Positions 52,101 to 64,000 of a stretch of 64,000 nucleotides of DNA are shown here, piece after piece. Numbering within the stretch: position 1 is the first letter of the stretch; each line of letters begins with the position of its first letter. The DNA comes from Bugula neritina. Its lineage: Eukaryota > Animalia > Bryozoa. Where the stretch lies: assembly GCA_964035545.1 (NCBI GenBank), contig OZ037766.1, positions 13,692,722 to 13,756,721 of the forward strand, written 5' to 3'. The notes under the pieces were generated by a model. The model saw nothing but the letters and a program-made list of their open reading frames with translations. It was not told the origin of the DNA and did not search any database. A program made the translations under genes and the position numbers.

Positions 52101-55100
52101 TTTGAAATTTTATCATTCTATCAAGATGGACCCTGGATGCATTCCCCCATGATTCTATAGAGTAGCACAGCCTGGAATGTATAAGTGAATATACAGTATA
52201 ACATAATCAAAATTTTTTTAGGAGCGACTGCATTTAAGCGATAAAAAAGTCCCGAAATTGGTCGAAGATTTAATAATATTTTCTGAGTGTGGGATGACCA
52301 GTTTAAATTTCTATCAATTATCACACCTAAAAATGTGTGTTGTTGAATAGTGGATATGTGTGTTGTTGAACAGTGGATATGTGTGTTGTTGAACAGTGGA
52401 TATGTGTGTTGTTGAACAGTGGATATGTGTGTTGTTGAATAGTGGATATGTGTGTTGTTGAATAGTGGATATGTGTGTTGTTGAACAGTGGGTATGTGTG
52501 TTGTTGAATAGTGGGTATGTGTGTTGTTGAATAGTGGGTATATGTGTTGTTGAACAGTGGGTATGTGTGTTGTTGAATAGTGGATATGTGTGTTGTTGAA
52601 CAGTGGGTATGTGTGTTGTTGAATAGTGGGTATATGTGTTGTTGAATAGTGGATATGTGTGTTGTTGAACAGTGGGTATATGTGTTGTTGAATAGTGGAT
52701 ATGTGTGTTGTTGAACAGTTGATATGTGTGTTGTTGAACAGTGGGTATGTGTGAAATAGCAAACTCTAATTCGAGGCATTAAAATACCTTTATTGGGTTG
52801 TTTGTTTGTTTGTTTTTATTTTGTCGTAGTCGAGAAAAATTAATTGAGAAAAATAAACAAAATGACAGGGCCTATGGAGCAATAGCACTGTAGCTAGTCG
52901 AAGCACCGAGCCATAGTTGTAAAAAAGATGTTTAAATGACATGAAATTGTTAAGTGACTCTCACCATTACATGCTTATAATGTAATTAATTGACCTTGGT
53001 ATTTATGACCTCAAGTTTCGTTCTTATGTGTTTGTGTATGTGTTTTGTATAATCGCATCTGTTAATTTCCTTGAGTGTAACATTTATAGAAGAGGTTAGA
53101 TGCTCTACCCTTGGCAGAGGAGATTGTAACATGGCCAGGGTTAGAAGATGCATTAAAGGGAGTGAAAGGGGAGTTTGCAGCATATCGGCCTGAATCAAGA
53201 GCTCGACTCAATGTAGATCAGGTACACCTAAACAAATGCCACAAATCTCACCAAAAAATTATTGTTGTTGACTGATTTTATTAAATAGCCATTGTACTAT
53301 TGTGGTGAGAGTTTGAATATTTTGAAGTTAGTTTTTCTAGAAATATGCAAGTTGATAGACCTAATAAATTAGAATTTCTGTTTTTTTATTCCTTGACTTT
53401 TATCATCAGACTGTGCCTTTCGGTACCAGGTTTTAGCGAAGGTAAAACCTACAATAAATATTTAGTACAAATTTTACCAGCAATTCTAAGGTTTGTCATT
53501 ACAAGAGCTCAATGTTTGCTTTAGTTTTGTGGTAACTTTGGCTTTGAGGAAAATGATAACCTCAAAGGTAGTAATTCGTTGATTGTGAATGGAAATTTTT
53601 GTTGATGGCCATTTATTTTGTGACTAAAGAATGAGCTGAGACCGGATACAGCTGTGAGTGGTAGTAGCATAGACAACTCGTTGGGAAGTAAGAGATCACA
53701 TCCTGCGAGTAGACCGAGATCAACGTCCAGCGACGGCCCTTCAATTGGTCTAGTGGATGTCCTGGAGAAACTGGGCACCGTAGACACTAGGCATGAAGAG
53801 TTGAAGAAGCGGGTTGAAGATTTAGAACAGCAGATGAAGAATAAAGCCAACAAGGAGGATATCTCACTGGGTATAGCTGCATATAGATTCCTCTTTTAAT
53901 AAATATATTTGGTTAAACAGTGTACAGGAAACATTCAATATAAAAGCACAATCGGTTTTTATCAGCAAGAGTTTGTTTTGTAATTCTTATTAACTGAAAA
54001 CCAAGTGCTAGAGATTGGAGCAGTAAAAAAAACATGCCATTTTGTTGTAAACAGAAGGCCATACCAGTGCTTGTTACTTGTGGCTTTACTTATTGTTTGT
54101 GACGATACACTATAGTATCAACTATAGTATGTGCTCTTATTTAATACGTACACAGTCAAAACTGGTAATATGCAAACTTTCATCACCAGTTTCATACTTA
54201 TGTTGGGCATTTGTAATCAACTTAGGAACAGAATTTCAATCTTAAGTGGGTTTCATATATTTTATTTCCAACATTTGCAAGTTTTAATAGCTTTCATCTT
54301 GTGTAAAATTGAATTAACTGCTTATTATATATCTAATTATCTCTACAGATTTGCCAGAAGATCTGTTAGAGCAAATCAATGATATGCAGAATCGACTAGC
54401 ACAGCTTGATGAATTACGAGCAAAGGTAATGCACATTTTTATAACTAGTTTGGTTGAAAGTTATATATTTCGCAACCACTACTAATAACAAATACCAATA
54501 ATGGTCATTAGTTGTATTTAGATTTTAATCATTGTGCTTCTCTGTTTGCCTACATACCAAGTCATGCCATGTCTATCTTTTCTCTCATCCTCATCTACTT
54601 TTTCTCATTTATGGCATTAGCTGCTAGAGTTTGAGATTCTTCTCTCTGATGTTCCGCAAATTGATGACTTCACACCTCCACCGCGAGGAGACAAAACCAG
54701 GGCCAGTATTGCTCTTAATTCCATAGATTTGTTTGATCTTCCAAGACATTCGGTCACTTCCGATGTAATCTCAACTTTGATATCTAGCAAAGCAGCTTTG
54801 GATCCACATAATCAAGATTCTAATAAACTGCTTATCGATAATAAATTTAAAAATATGGATTTTGAACCAAATGATGAACTCAAACATTTAAAACCAAATA
54901 ATTCTCAAAAAGAAACCCCCAATCTTTCGGAACTAAAGAAAAATAATAGCAAAGTTAAACCACTCAATGCACAAACGGCATCAGTTTCGTCTATTTCAAG
55001 TATTCCTGATCTGTTAGTTAAGGGCTCGAATGAAATTCAGGGTGCAGAGCAGCAAGTTCTTTTAACCAATCACAAGTCGATTAGTCACGACTCCATCTTA

Positions 55101-58100
55101 CCTACCTCTTCTGGCAATGCAAAGTCAAGTAAAACCAAGCTAAAATCTAATCATTCAAGCATAAGCTCCTTTCAAACCGGCCAAGGCCAGCCATCGAGTA
55201 TAAACCCAGTTCTCTCAAGTAATGGTGTAGCAGAATCTCATTTAGATGATCAAAAAGCTGATTCCTCTCAAAACAAGGCAGCGCAACTAAAAACATATTC
55301 ACCTGCAGATTTAGGCTCCTTTCAAACAAGCCAAGACCAGCCATCGAGTATAAACCCAGTTCTCTCCAGTAATGGTGTAGCAGAATCTTATTTAGATAAG
55401 CAAAAAGCTGATTTCTCTCAAAACAAGGCAGCGCAACCAAAAACATATTCACCTGCAGATTTGGGCTCCTTTCAAACAAGCCAAGGCCAGCCATCGAGTA
55501 TAAACCCAGTTCTCTCCAGTAATGGTGTAGCAGAATCTTATTTAGATAAGCAAAAAGCTGATTTCTTTCAAAACAAGGCAGCGCAACCAAAAACATATTC
55601 ACCTGCAGATTTGGGCGCTGATAAATCTGGTCACATGAAATCTAAATCTGCTCAGAAAGATAATTTAATAAAGTTGATCAAACCGTCAACTTCTGCTAAG
55701 CAGCCTAAAGATATTTCTCATAAAAAACCCCCAAGCAGTGCTTCAGCATTAAAATCTTCCCAGTCCAATGTTTCGCACCAACAACCGTGGTCAGATACAG
55801 ACCTCGAGAATCCTCCATCTTCTCACTATGAATCTCAGCCTAATAATTCACACTTAGAAGAAAAAGTTGAGCAAACTGAAGATGACGATAAGGTTGCTCT
55901 CAAATCCTCTTTAAGCTCTAAAAAAAGTTCTCGGTCTAAAAAAGCTAAGAAAGTGATTGTTCAGGGTGATCTGGGAAAACCCTTCACTTTGCCAACCAGT
56001 GCATCATCACAGTCTGTGGCCAGCGTTAATGTTGCAGAATCTTTGAATGAAATCTCTGACCTCACCACAGGTATTGGAGCATTCTGGAATGTCTAATGTA
56101 CAGTTACTTGAAATTATTGTGATAATTAAAAAAAATTAATTTGATGAAAATTATTTTTTATCAAATTTATTTACTTTAAACACATTCATGTAGCAAATAC
56201 TTTGTATAAATATCATATAATCATGCCTCATTTTAGCATTGTTTTGAATAGCATTTAGCTCATATTATCAAACCATCATATCTTGCCTCACTTTCCTTCC
56301 TCCATTCTGTTGTAATAGGTTTCTCTGCTCTCAATGCATCTACTCAGCCTTTCCCTGACCAACATGCTCCTCTATCTCACCCACCTCCATCTGGTCAATC
56401 TGCTCTCCGATTTAGTGTGACAGAGTGGCCAACATCTACCCGAGGGAGTATCGCTGACGCACCTCCAAAGTTTATGCGTACATTGCGTGAAGTCATGTTT
56501 GATGATTATATGCCTGAAATTCATGCATTGAAGTCTCGTGTGTACAAGCTTGAGGAAGGAATGCCTAAGTTTCAGTATCCATTAGAAGTGAAAAAATCAC
56601 CAACACCAGTTTTTAATCTTCTGCCTTCAGATGATGACGAAAAGCTTACAGATTTATTGAAACATTTCAATGATCATTACAATGATGTTAATCAACGCCT
56701 TGCTAACATGGAGCATACTCTTCATTCATTTATATACAGCAATGGGGTTGGTACCGATAATCTTACTCACCTTCCTTCACATCATCCATGATATCTAAAC
56801 CTTCCTGTCTATTTAAAATCTCTATTATATAAACTGCTTTTGTAGCTCCCCACACACATATATTTTTACAATATTTCTTATGTCTCGTGGGAAATTTACA
56901 CATATTTATATAATATTATTCTGATGAACTTATTTTAGGAGACCAGTTTGTCTAGCATAATATATGCAACTATATTGTTGTTCCAATTTACTAGGTTTAA
57001 CACTCCAATCTAATGCAAGTTTACCAACTCATTTGTATGCTTAAATTAGTATGCTACATATGCATGCTTTTCATCACTCGCTGTGTATTGTTCGGAGACT
57101 CCTGGGAAGGGTTTGTTTGTGGAGCAAAATGTGTAAGATTTGATTTGTAGACAAAGTTAATTTGCTTTTGCAGCATATCAAAGAAATTACTTGAAAACTA
57201 AACTTAAGTCTAAGAATCAAAGCTAGAGGCTGTTACAATGTAATGCTAATATACTCATATAGTAGTGCAGCAGCCAGTACACATTTTATTATCATTTATC
57301 AGGTTTCAGATGACAACTCCACGTCCAAAATTGTGTTGGAAAAACCTGTAAGCTAGTGTGTCTCATTACTATAACTTGCAAATTATTTTTTCACAGGTTT
57401 CATGTGTGGCGTTTGATATCATAGTGTTTTCCTAGGCATCACTCTGTCAGATCTCTTTTATAACTTTTCTATCATTTCTTTCAAATATATATATTGTGAA
57501 CTACTATTTTAATTGATTTCAAGTACTATTTCTCACTGACTTTACTTCTTGTTCCAGAATTTAGCCACTATTTCTCACTTAATTTACTTCTAGTTTCAAA
57601 TCTTTCCTAAACATTTATTATGAACAAGAGTCGTTTATAATATGTGTGATTGTTTTGTCTTAGGATGCCGATGCTGTGAAAAAGCTTCAACATGCAATGT
57701 TAGGCCTTCGAGATGATTTGACAAACATGCAAAACTCAATTGATGCTATAAACTTTGAGAATAAAGAGAGAGCAAAGGACCTTGAGGTATATAATATATA
57801 TAACCTTCATAGCAGAGTTGTGTTCTCTTCTTATAGTCTTTATACCCAATTATTTTTCTAGTCTGTTGAATTTATTCTAAAATTGCAAAAAAATGTTCAC
57901 AATTATTTGTGTAAGCAAAACAGTGTCCTGCATGTCAATAACATTCATGTTTTTTGTTTTCTTTGAATAAAAAATTTACAGTGAATGCTGTGAATTGTAT
58001 AACTTAATTGTTAGTTGTAACTTTGTGTAGCAATTGGCTGAGAAAGCAAGCAAGTTGGAGAAGGAGAAGGCGGACAAGGAGTCTATGGAGGCGGAGCTAG

Positions 58101-61100
58101 ATACTAAGGCTGACAAATCACAGGTAGATGGTAAACTCAACAGGTCTCTGTTTGATTCAACAGTTGCTGACCTTCAGAAGATGATTGATGACCTGCTTTC
58201 TAAACTACACGCCTACGTAAGTTACTACTTTGTGTGTTCTCACAAGGCAAGAGATGATATTATATGCATACGTCATTAGTGTGGATCTGTATAAATATAC
58301 CAAATTACTGCTGCTATGGCACTACTGCTACTATTACTATTACTACTACTGCTACTACTACTACTACTGCTACTACTACTACTACTACTGCTGCTACTAC
58401 TACTACTACAACTACAATGCTACTACTACTACTACTGCTACTACTACTACAACTACAATACTACTACAACTTGGTAGTCAATTTCAAAATTACCCCATTG
58501 GAAAAAGGTACAAAAATATTTGCAATGTTCGTAATGCTAAACTTCTAATTAAATATGAATGTTTTGCACCCATGTTTAGGATTGTACATTGTTGTAATTT
58601 GATGACAAAAGCTGTAGTTCTGTACAATTGATCTTTTAATAAAGGAAGATGCGTGGAAACAGGCGCATAGTAAAGTAGAAGAAGACGTAGATGGAAAGAT
58701 TGACAGGACGGAGTTGGATCGGTTCAAGGCCTACATAGACAGGAAGTTGCGAGATCTCAATACTAAGATTAAGAATAACTCGGAAGTGTTTAACCCCTTC
58801 TGCGAAGATGCTGCCGGACTGAAGAGGCAGCTCCTCCCATTCAATTGTCTATCCTGTGACAAGCCAGTTGTTATCAACTCTGGGAGGTAGGATAACTCCT
58901 ATGTACGAGTGCACATGACTGTGTGGTATGATATCGAATGTGTTACAAAATATTTTAAACTTCTGTAGCTGTTTTATCGCATGTTTTGTTTCAAACTTCC
59001 TATGATTATTTGAGGGGAAGTGTTCCAGCACATATGCAGAAGTATATGTTATAAAGATTTAACTTCATTTTAGTTTGTATTTTTTATTTTGTTGGCTGGG
59101 TTATCACTGCGTTTCCATTACTTCGAATTATGCGAATGGATGCTCATGCAGATGAATTTGTGGTTTCGGTTTGCATGAACTTATGGTTATGGTTTCATTC
59201 GATGCAACTGTTTCCAAACATTAGATGAAAAATCCCTTTGCATAATGCGAAGCTTGGAAACACAGCGTATATCTAATGTGATCAACTATGTTGATTATTA
59301 TTTAGTTAGCAAGCTTGAAGAGTCACTTTCTCTTACCTGCCAAGAAAGATTTCTGTTCAGTCATGTAATACTCAAATACTTCACAATTTTTTATTTTATT
59401 AAAAGATTACTGCTGTGTGGGTTTTAGGTTTTTCAGTGCTCGGTAATTTTATTAGAGTTTATTCCTTTTAGCCGGCCTATTGTGTCCCCTTGTCTACCTA
59501 ACACTACCTATGTGTATTGGTGATACCAACCTGTCACAATTAGATATTGTTGCAGTGTATGCATGTATGCTTTGTACTCTCCCATACCTTACAACTTGGT
59601 AACACTTATCTTTATTGCATCTGAAAACTTTAGAAATGAAACAGCTCCATGTATGCTCAAGTTGAGCAAATTATAACTTCTTAACTCATATCTTTGTGTT
59701 GTGTGTTTGTGTTACACTCTATCAGCTCAATTGTGATGACTAGTTGCTTGAAATTCAATTTTAATAGCAGTAATTTTAGTCAACAGTTTCAATTTCTAAA
59801 ATTAAAATTGGCCATTAAAACTCAATAACATTATTTTGTTTTATGTGCCTGTAAAATATTTGGTTAAAATATTAAATTATTTATGGCTGCCAACCTTTTT
59901 TGAAATTTGTTAATTCAAAAAATGCATTGTTTATTTAGAATTTGTGTCAAGTTGCTTTTATTATATACTTTAACTAATATAACATAATGTGGCATCATCA
60001 GTAATGTTGGAGTTTAATCTGCTATGGGTTTCTCTGTGTGAATGCAGTTGTGTGTCTCATGTAAGCTAAGTTCCATAGATGGTGATAGTTTTTCTAACAG
60101 TTGTGTGTCATTATTAGCTGCATGTTTTATCTCCCTCCCCTTCCCACATAGATGTAAAAATGACTGCTCTATGATTGGTCATTGTATAGCATTGTAATGT
60201 ATATGATTTCAGTACTCCTCTGAGTCATAACAATGCATTTGGCCCCTTGGGTGATGCCTTCTCAGCCAACAAGTCTAGCAGGCCCTACACCACATTCGAA
60301 TTGGACCAGATTCGGCAGCATGCTAAAAGGTAAGTTTTCTAGGCATGTGCTGGTTAAGGAGTTACTCACCCATTTTATCAGGTGTTATTACTATTTATGG
60401 CGTATAGCTAGTGTCCATTCTATGCAGCACTATCCATGATATAACTGCAGAATATATTATTTGATGCTTTATTGGGTTTTAGTTAAAAGCATTGTTAGCT
60501 TTTTAATTGCTAAGTACATTATGTCTGGAACTTGTCAATTTGATTCTGAGTAAACTGTTGTAAGGATTTGTAAATTTTTGTTATACAAACTACTTTTGAG
60601 TATTTGACTTGAAGTTTGATACCCAACATGTGTTGACTAGTAGCACCCTTTAATATAACCTGCTTGTATTTCCTATGCTGGTCATTTTGTTGATAGTTGA
60701 TATAATCATACATATATCAAGTTTTCAACTGTCAACTGCAACCAATTATACCAACTAATGTTTTTGGTATATTGATTAAACTGCAATATCTAGGTGTGTA
60801 GCTGTTCTAGCTTTCCATATGTATCTTATGTAGAATATACAATGGGGAAGTGCCCCATATACACAGGTAACCAGTCAAACCCAGCTAACTGTCCATCTAC
60901 CTTCTGCATTATGTGTTACATTGCAACCATTACCAGCACTTTCCTAATATCATTTAAGTACTTTCCAACACAAGCATGGCACCCTTTTACTTGTCCATAT
61001 ATTTCTGTAGCACCAGTTTACCTCCCCATGCATTTCTGTAGCATGCCTCTACCTTTCCATGCATTTCTGTAGCACCTCCACCCTGAAAACTCATATTACT

Positions 61101-63375
61101 TCCATTATCTCTCAAACAATGCTCTTGTAGCCAGTCTCTTGTATAATAAATAACATTGCCTTTTTACTTAACAACTTTTTTCCCAAGATTTGTAAAATCT
61201 CACTCTCAGACACGTAATAGCATGTCTCATTTCTCACAATATGTTTTGGTGCATGAAAAAATTTCGATCGTGATATAAAATTAACTGTAAGCCAGAACGG
61301 TCTGCCTTCAAACACTCTTTTATCTACACACCACACAGTTTAGTCTATTTCTTCACATGAACTCTCCACTTCTTCTGTCTACTTCTTCAAACTACAATCA
61401 TTGTAAGTACATTATTACATGAACCTCTATATATCAGTCTGATTGCTTGCTCACTCTGTGATTTGTTTCAGCTCTAATAGCAATAGATTTTATTGAAACT
61501 ACTATTCTTTATGGCCTCATTTTTAGATTAAGCCTCAGAATGAATTTTGCTTATGATGCGGAGGCTGCCATTTTAAAATACTTTGATAGCTTTTTAAATT
61601 TTTTGAGCATAAATATGACTTAGTAATGTTGATTGCGTAACACTTTCTACCTGCATAACAATTAAGGTTTAAAATAATTATTAAAGTCAACAGATAAAAG
61701 CTGTAAGCTGAAAACTGTATTTAATGGGGAAGCATATTTGTTTGAAAAAAAACTTTATACTGTTTCATGTATTCTATTTTTTCTTTTATGTCTTGCCACA
61801 AAAACCAGTGATTTTTTTACATTTTTACTGTTGTCTAAAAAGATTTACTTTTGAATGATCATATAAATATATCTGTTTGTCTTTTCTGGCTAATAATTCC
61901 ATTGTACTAAAACTTGTAGTCTGTTGAACGCCGACTATGTCATGGACTACTACTCCACTCCACGCACTGCTGGTGGGAGTCACACTATGACCTATCCATA
62001 TAAACGAAGCACCAAACATGGATACAAGTAAGTCTTCACTTGGCTTATCAATGCAACAAACTGTATGTATACAAGTAAATGAGTAATGTTGGAGTTGCTC
62101 TTTCTTGTTTATCAATTTGTCGACCAATGTCAACCACTAGTATATTATTAAGGTAGGTAACATGTAACGAGGTTATTACACTTTCCTTTTTAGCTTTTAC
62201 GTGTGAAGTTTTGGTTGCAAGATGTATTATAAGTTGTCCTACCACATATACTAAATGTTATTTGTTGTATTTACAGCCGTGAGTTATTCAACAACCCTGC
62301 AGATGAAATTCCTTCTGACGTCTTCATGCCTGTGTAAGTTACCAACTAAACTGCATGTCAATACATTTACTGTGTAGGTGTAGCTACAGAACCAAGTGAC
62401 TTCAATTTGAACTTGTGATGGGCATTTTGAGTATTATTTATTGTTTACTGTGTGCCAACTTTATAGATTTTGATTATTTCATAATGTGATTTGCCAGTAA
62501 ACTTGTTCACAGACCTGTAAAATTATATTCCTTTGCTGCATTTCTGTATATCTACTAAATTCTAGTAGTTGTTTTTCTGGTTAACCAAAGCATACAGTCC
62601 TCTATCCTTCTAGGTGAAAATTATCATTATTTGTGTCATCAAATCATGATGATTTGTCTATAGTGCTCACAGGAAATTTATATTTTATATATATAAATGC
62701 AGCTATATCAATTCACTGACATATTGAATAATCCAGCTTGTTAATGAAATGAAATTATTTGTGCCAACAGGAGAGATGAGACGGAGATTGTTGGTGCAGA
62801 TGGTCATGTGTATCGAGGAAGATTTGATGTAACCAATGGTGATCCAAACCCCACTCCTTCACTGGTACGTGTCAGTATATCTGTGCATAACATGAGTGGG
62901 TCAGCTTTACAAACCTTATAAAACATTGTGTCAAACTCAAAATATTTCTGGAGAATTTTATTCAGCATTAACCTGACCTGTTAGGCTTTCAACTGTAAGC
63001 CATTTGGTGACAGTGTAATTATAAATGTTGGTATTTTTATAAAGTGTCAAACTTGAAACAGTACAATAAAATATGGTATCAGAAAGCCTTGGTGAATATT
63101 TTTTGTAAAGTTATGTTTATTCCTGTGCTGTGGTGGTTTGATAGGAGGTGCCAGTAGCTTCTCCCAGCAGGCCAAAGAGTAGTCCAGCAAGAAGAAGCGC
63201 TCACAACAGGCCCGGTAATATGACTAGACCTAAAACAGCACAGCTACAGGTCAAGGCTGAATCATCTGCACTACCTGTGAAAAAATCAGATAGTAATGAA
63301 GGGGGATTAGCAGATGTCCCAACTGCTTTCACTGTAGAGGATACTTCTACACCGGAACAGCGGGCTAAAGAGTGA
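49125..63375 (+). CDS. Gene E: QRICH2/C16orf96-like (DUF4795) coiled-coil protein, ~730 aa core and ~1355 aa with the insert exons
   Basis: N-terminal LLDLSLGTPEAGAVNFNNLH, then VTWPGLEDAL, KADK...KLNRSLFD, DAAGLKRQLLPFNCLSCDKPV, RPYTTFELDQIRQH, GGSHT and IVGADGHVYRGR. Exons 49125-49445, 49545-49628, 49770-49901, 53090-53221, 53630-53870, 54349-54425, 54621-56070, 56319-56746, 57303-57347, 57664-57786, 58031-58216, 58645-58886, 60213-60329, 61920-62027, 62277-62333, 62771-62864 and 63145-63375. Phases are consistent. Confidence 0.88.
51540..52753 (-). mobile_element. 5'-truncated CR1/L2-like LINE (ORF2 C-terminus, 3' UTR and CA-rich tail) in gene E intron 3
   Basis: FLGVIIDRNLNWSSH...MLY, a 4-bp frameshift, then YSLIHSRLCYSIESWG...FQKKIVRII...HSKDLFRESDILPVDKLY...HYTTR. 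AATAAA plus a (CA)-like tail near 51540-51565. Confidence 0.85.
52333..52753. repeat. 23-bp minisatellite (TATGTGTGTTGTTGAA[C/T]AGTGG[A/G]) x~18 at the LINE 5' junction
   Basis: Head-to-tail 23-bp units. The translated ORFs show the expected 23-aa period. Confidence 0.95.
55165..55614 (+). repeat. Coding tandem repeat, 150 bp (50 aa) x3, in the large exon of gene E
   Basis: Units start at 55165, 55315 and 55465; SFQTSQGQPSSINPVLSSNGVAESYLDKQKADFSQNKAAQPKTYSPADLG. Confidence 0.95.
58319..58470. repeat. (TAC)n microsatellite in a gene E intron
   Basis: ctactactac arrays. Explains the poly-Y/poly-T ORFs. Confidence 0.9.
61300..61430 (-). mobile_element. Possible RTE-type LINE 3' fragment
   Basis: The minus strand gives RSRQKKWRVHV...KRVFEGRP, resembling the RTE C-terminus. 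Confidence 0.3.
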
Positions 63376-64000
63376 GCGGCAATGTATCATCTCGGAATAG
63401 GAATGCATATTCAAAGATAAATGATAACTAATGTTTTAATTTTTACGGCTTGAATAGCAAAAGTTATTATTACTCTTAATTTAGTAAAAGCAATTTTATC
63501 AACCTTTTATGTTATTATCGATCCTTATATCTGCTTATTGATTGTGCCTACATCACGTCACAAAGGTCATGAAGAGTCAGTCTAATGTGCATTTCTTAAT
63601 ATTTTAGCGCTTTAGATTTTTAGGAGTTGTCTGCTTTATCATGTCGTCTCCCAAGCCTTACACAAGTAAACAGAATTCTTTGCATGTTTATTGTGCCTAT
63701 TTTTTCTGATTTCTTGTCAATTAGTAAGTCTTGCTCAATTTATATCAATATTTTGGTTGTTTATTTTTAATATTTGATTTTATGATATACCATTTTTATC
63801 AATCCGTCCTTACCCATTGCAACAAATGTTGTATGCATGTTAGCCACAGAATGCCTCCTATTTTTATAATAATTTAATGTTTTGTGTTTTCTTAACTTTT
63901 AATTTTTAAATTGCCAATACTTTCTTCCCTTCATTATATGCATGAAATATGCACCACTTGTTTTTCATGTTTACTTATGTCCGACTATATAATTATGCAC

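Noticed and set aside
52333-52753. CRISPR-like array of 23-bp repeats
   Set aside because: The units are head-to-tail with no unique spacers, there are no cas genes, and the context is a eukaryotic intron. It is a minisatellite.
55147-55602. 151-aa antisense ORF with repeats
   Set aside because: It is the shadow of the 150-bp coding repeat on the plus strand.
58230-58631. Poly-Tyr and poly-Thr ORFs
   Set aside because: They come from a (TAC)n microsatellite within a gene E intron.

Overview
This is AT-rich, intron-rich animal DNA, most likely from an invertebrate (spiralian-like; the taxon is an inference). It is not prokaryotic and has no CRISPR, rRNA or operons. Five spliced genes were rebuilt by hand from splice signals and exon phases. 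(A) Minus strand, ~3562-13764: type-I membrane receptor with signal peptide, a cysteine-less Ig domain, a second Ig, Cys-rich EB-like modules, a TM helix and a tail with an ITIM-like LFYTKV. (B) Plus strand, 15835-27263: three-Ig GPI-anchored Lachesin/DIP/IgLON-like gene with a GC-AG intron, head-to-head with A. (C) Plus strand, 29873-38761: Dpr-like two-Ig GPI-anchored gene with an unusual N-terminal fibronectin type II domain. (D) Minus strand, 39981-42770: PPM1K. (E) Plus strand, 49125-63375: QRICH2/C16orf96-like (DUF4795) gene with a frame-preserving repeat-rich insert. Repeats include three copies of a ~1.3-kb TA-TSD MITE, a fold-back element, RTE- and CR1/L2-type LINE remnants with minisatellites amplified from their own coding sequence, a tRNA-derived SINE and long microsatellites. 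The most interesting signal is the compact three-gene Ig-superfamily cell-recognition cluster. Exon models are manual predictions with no RNA or database support.
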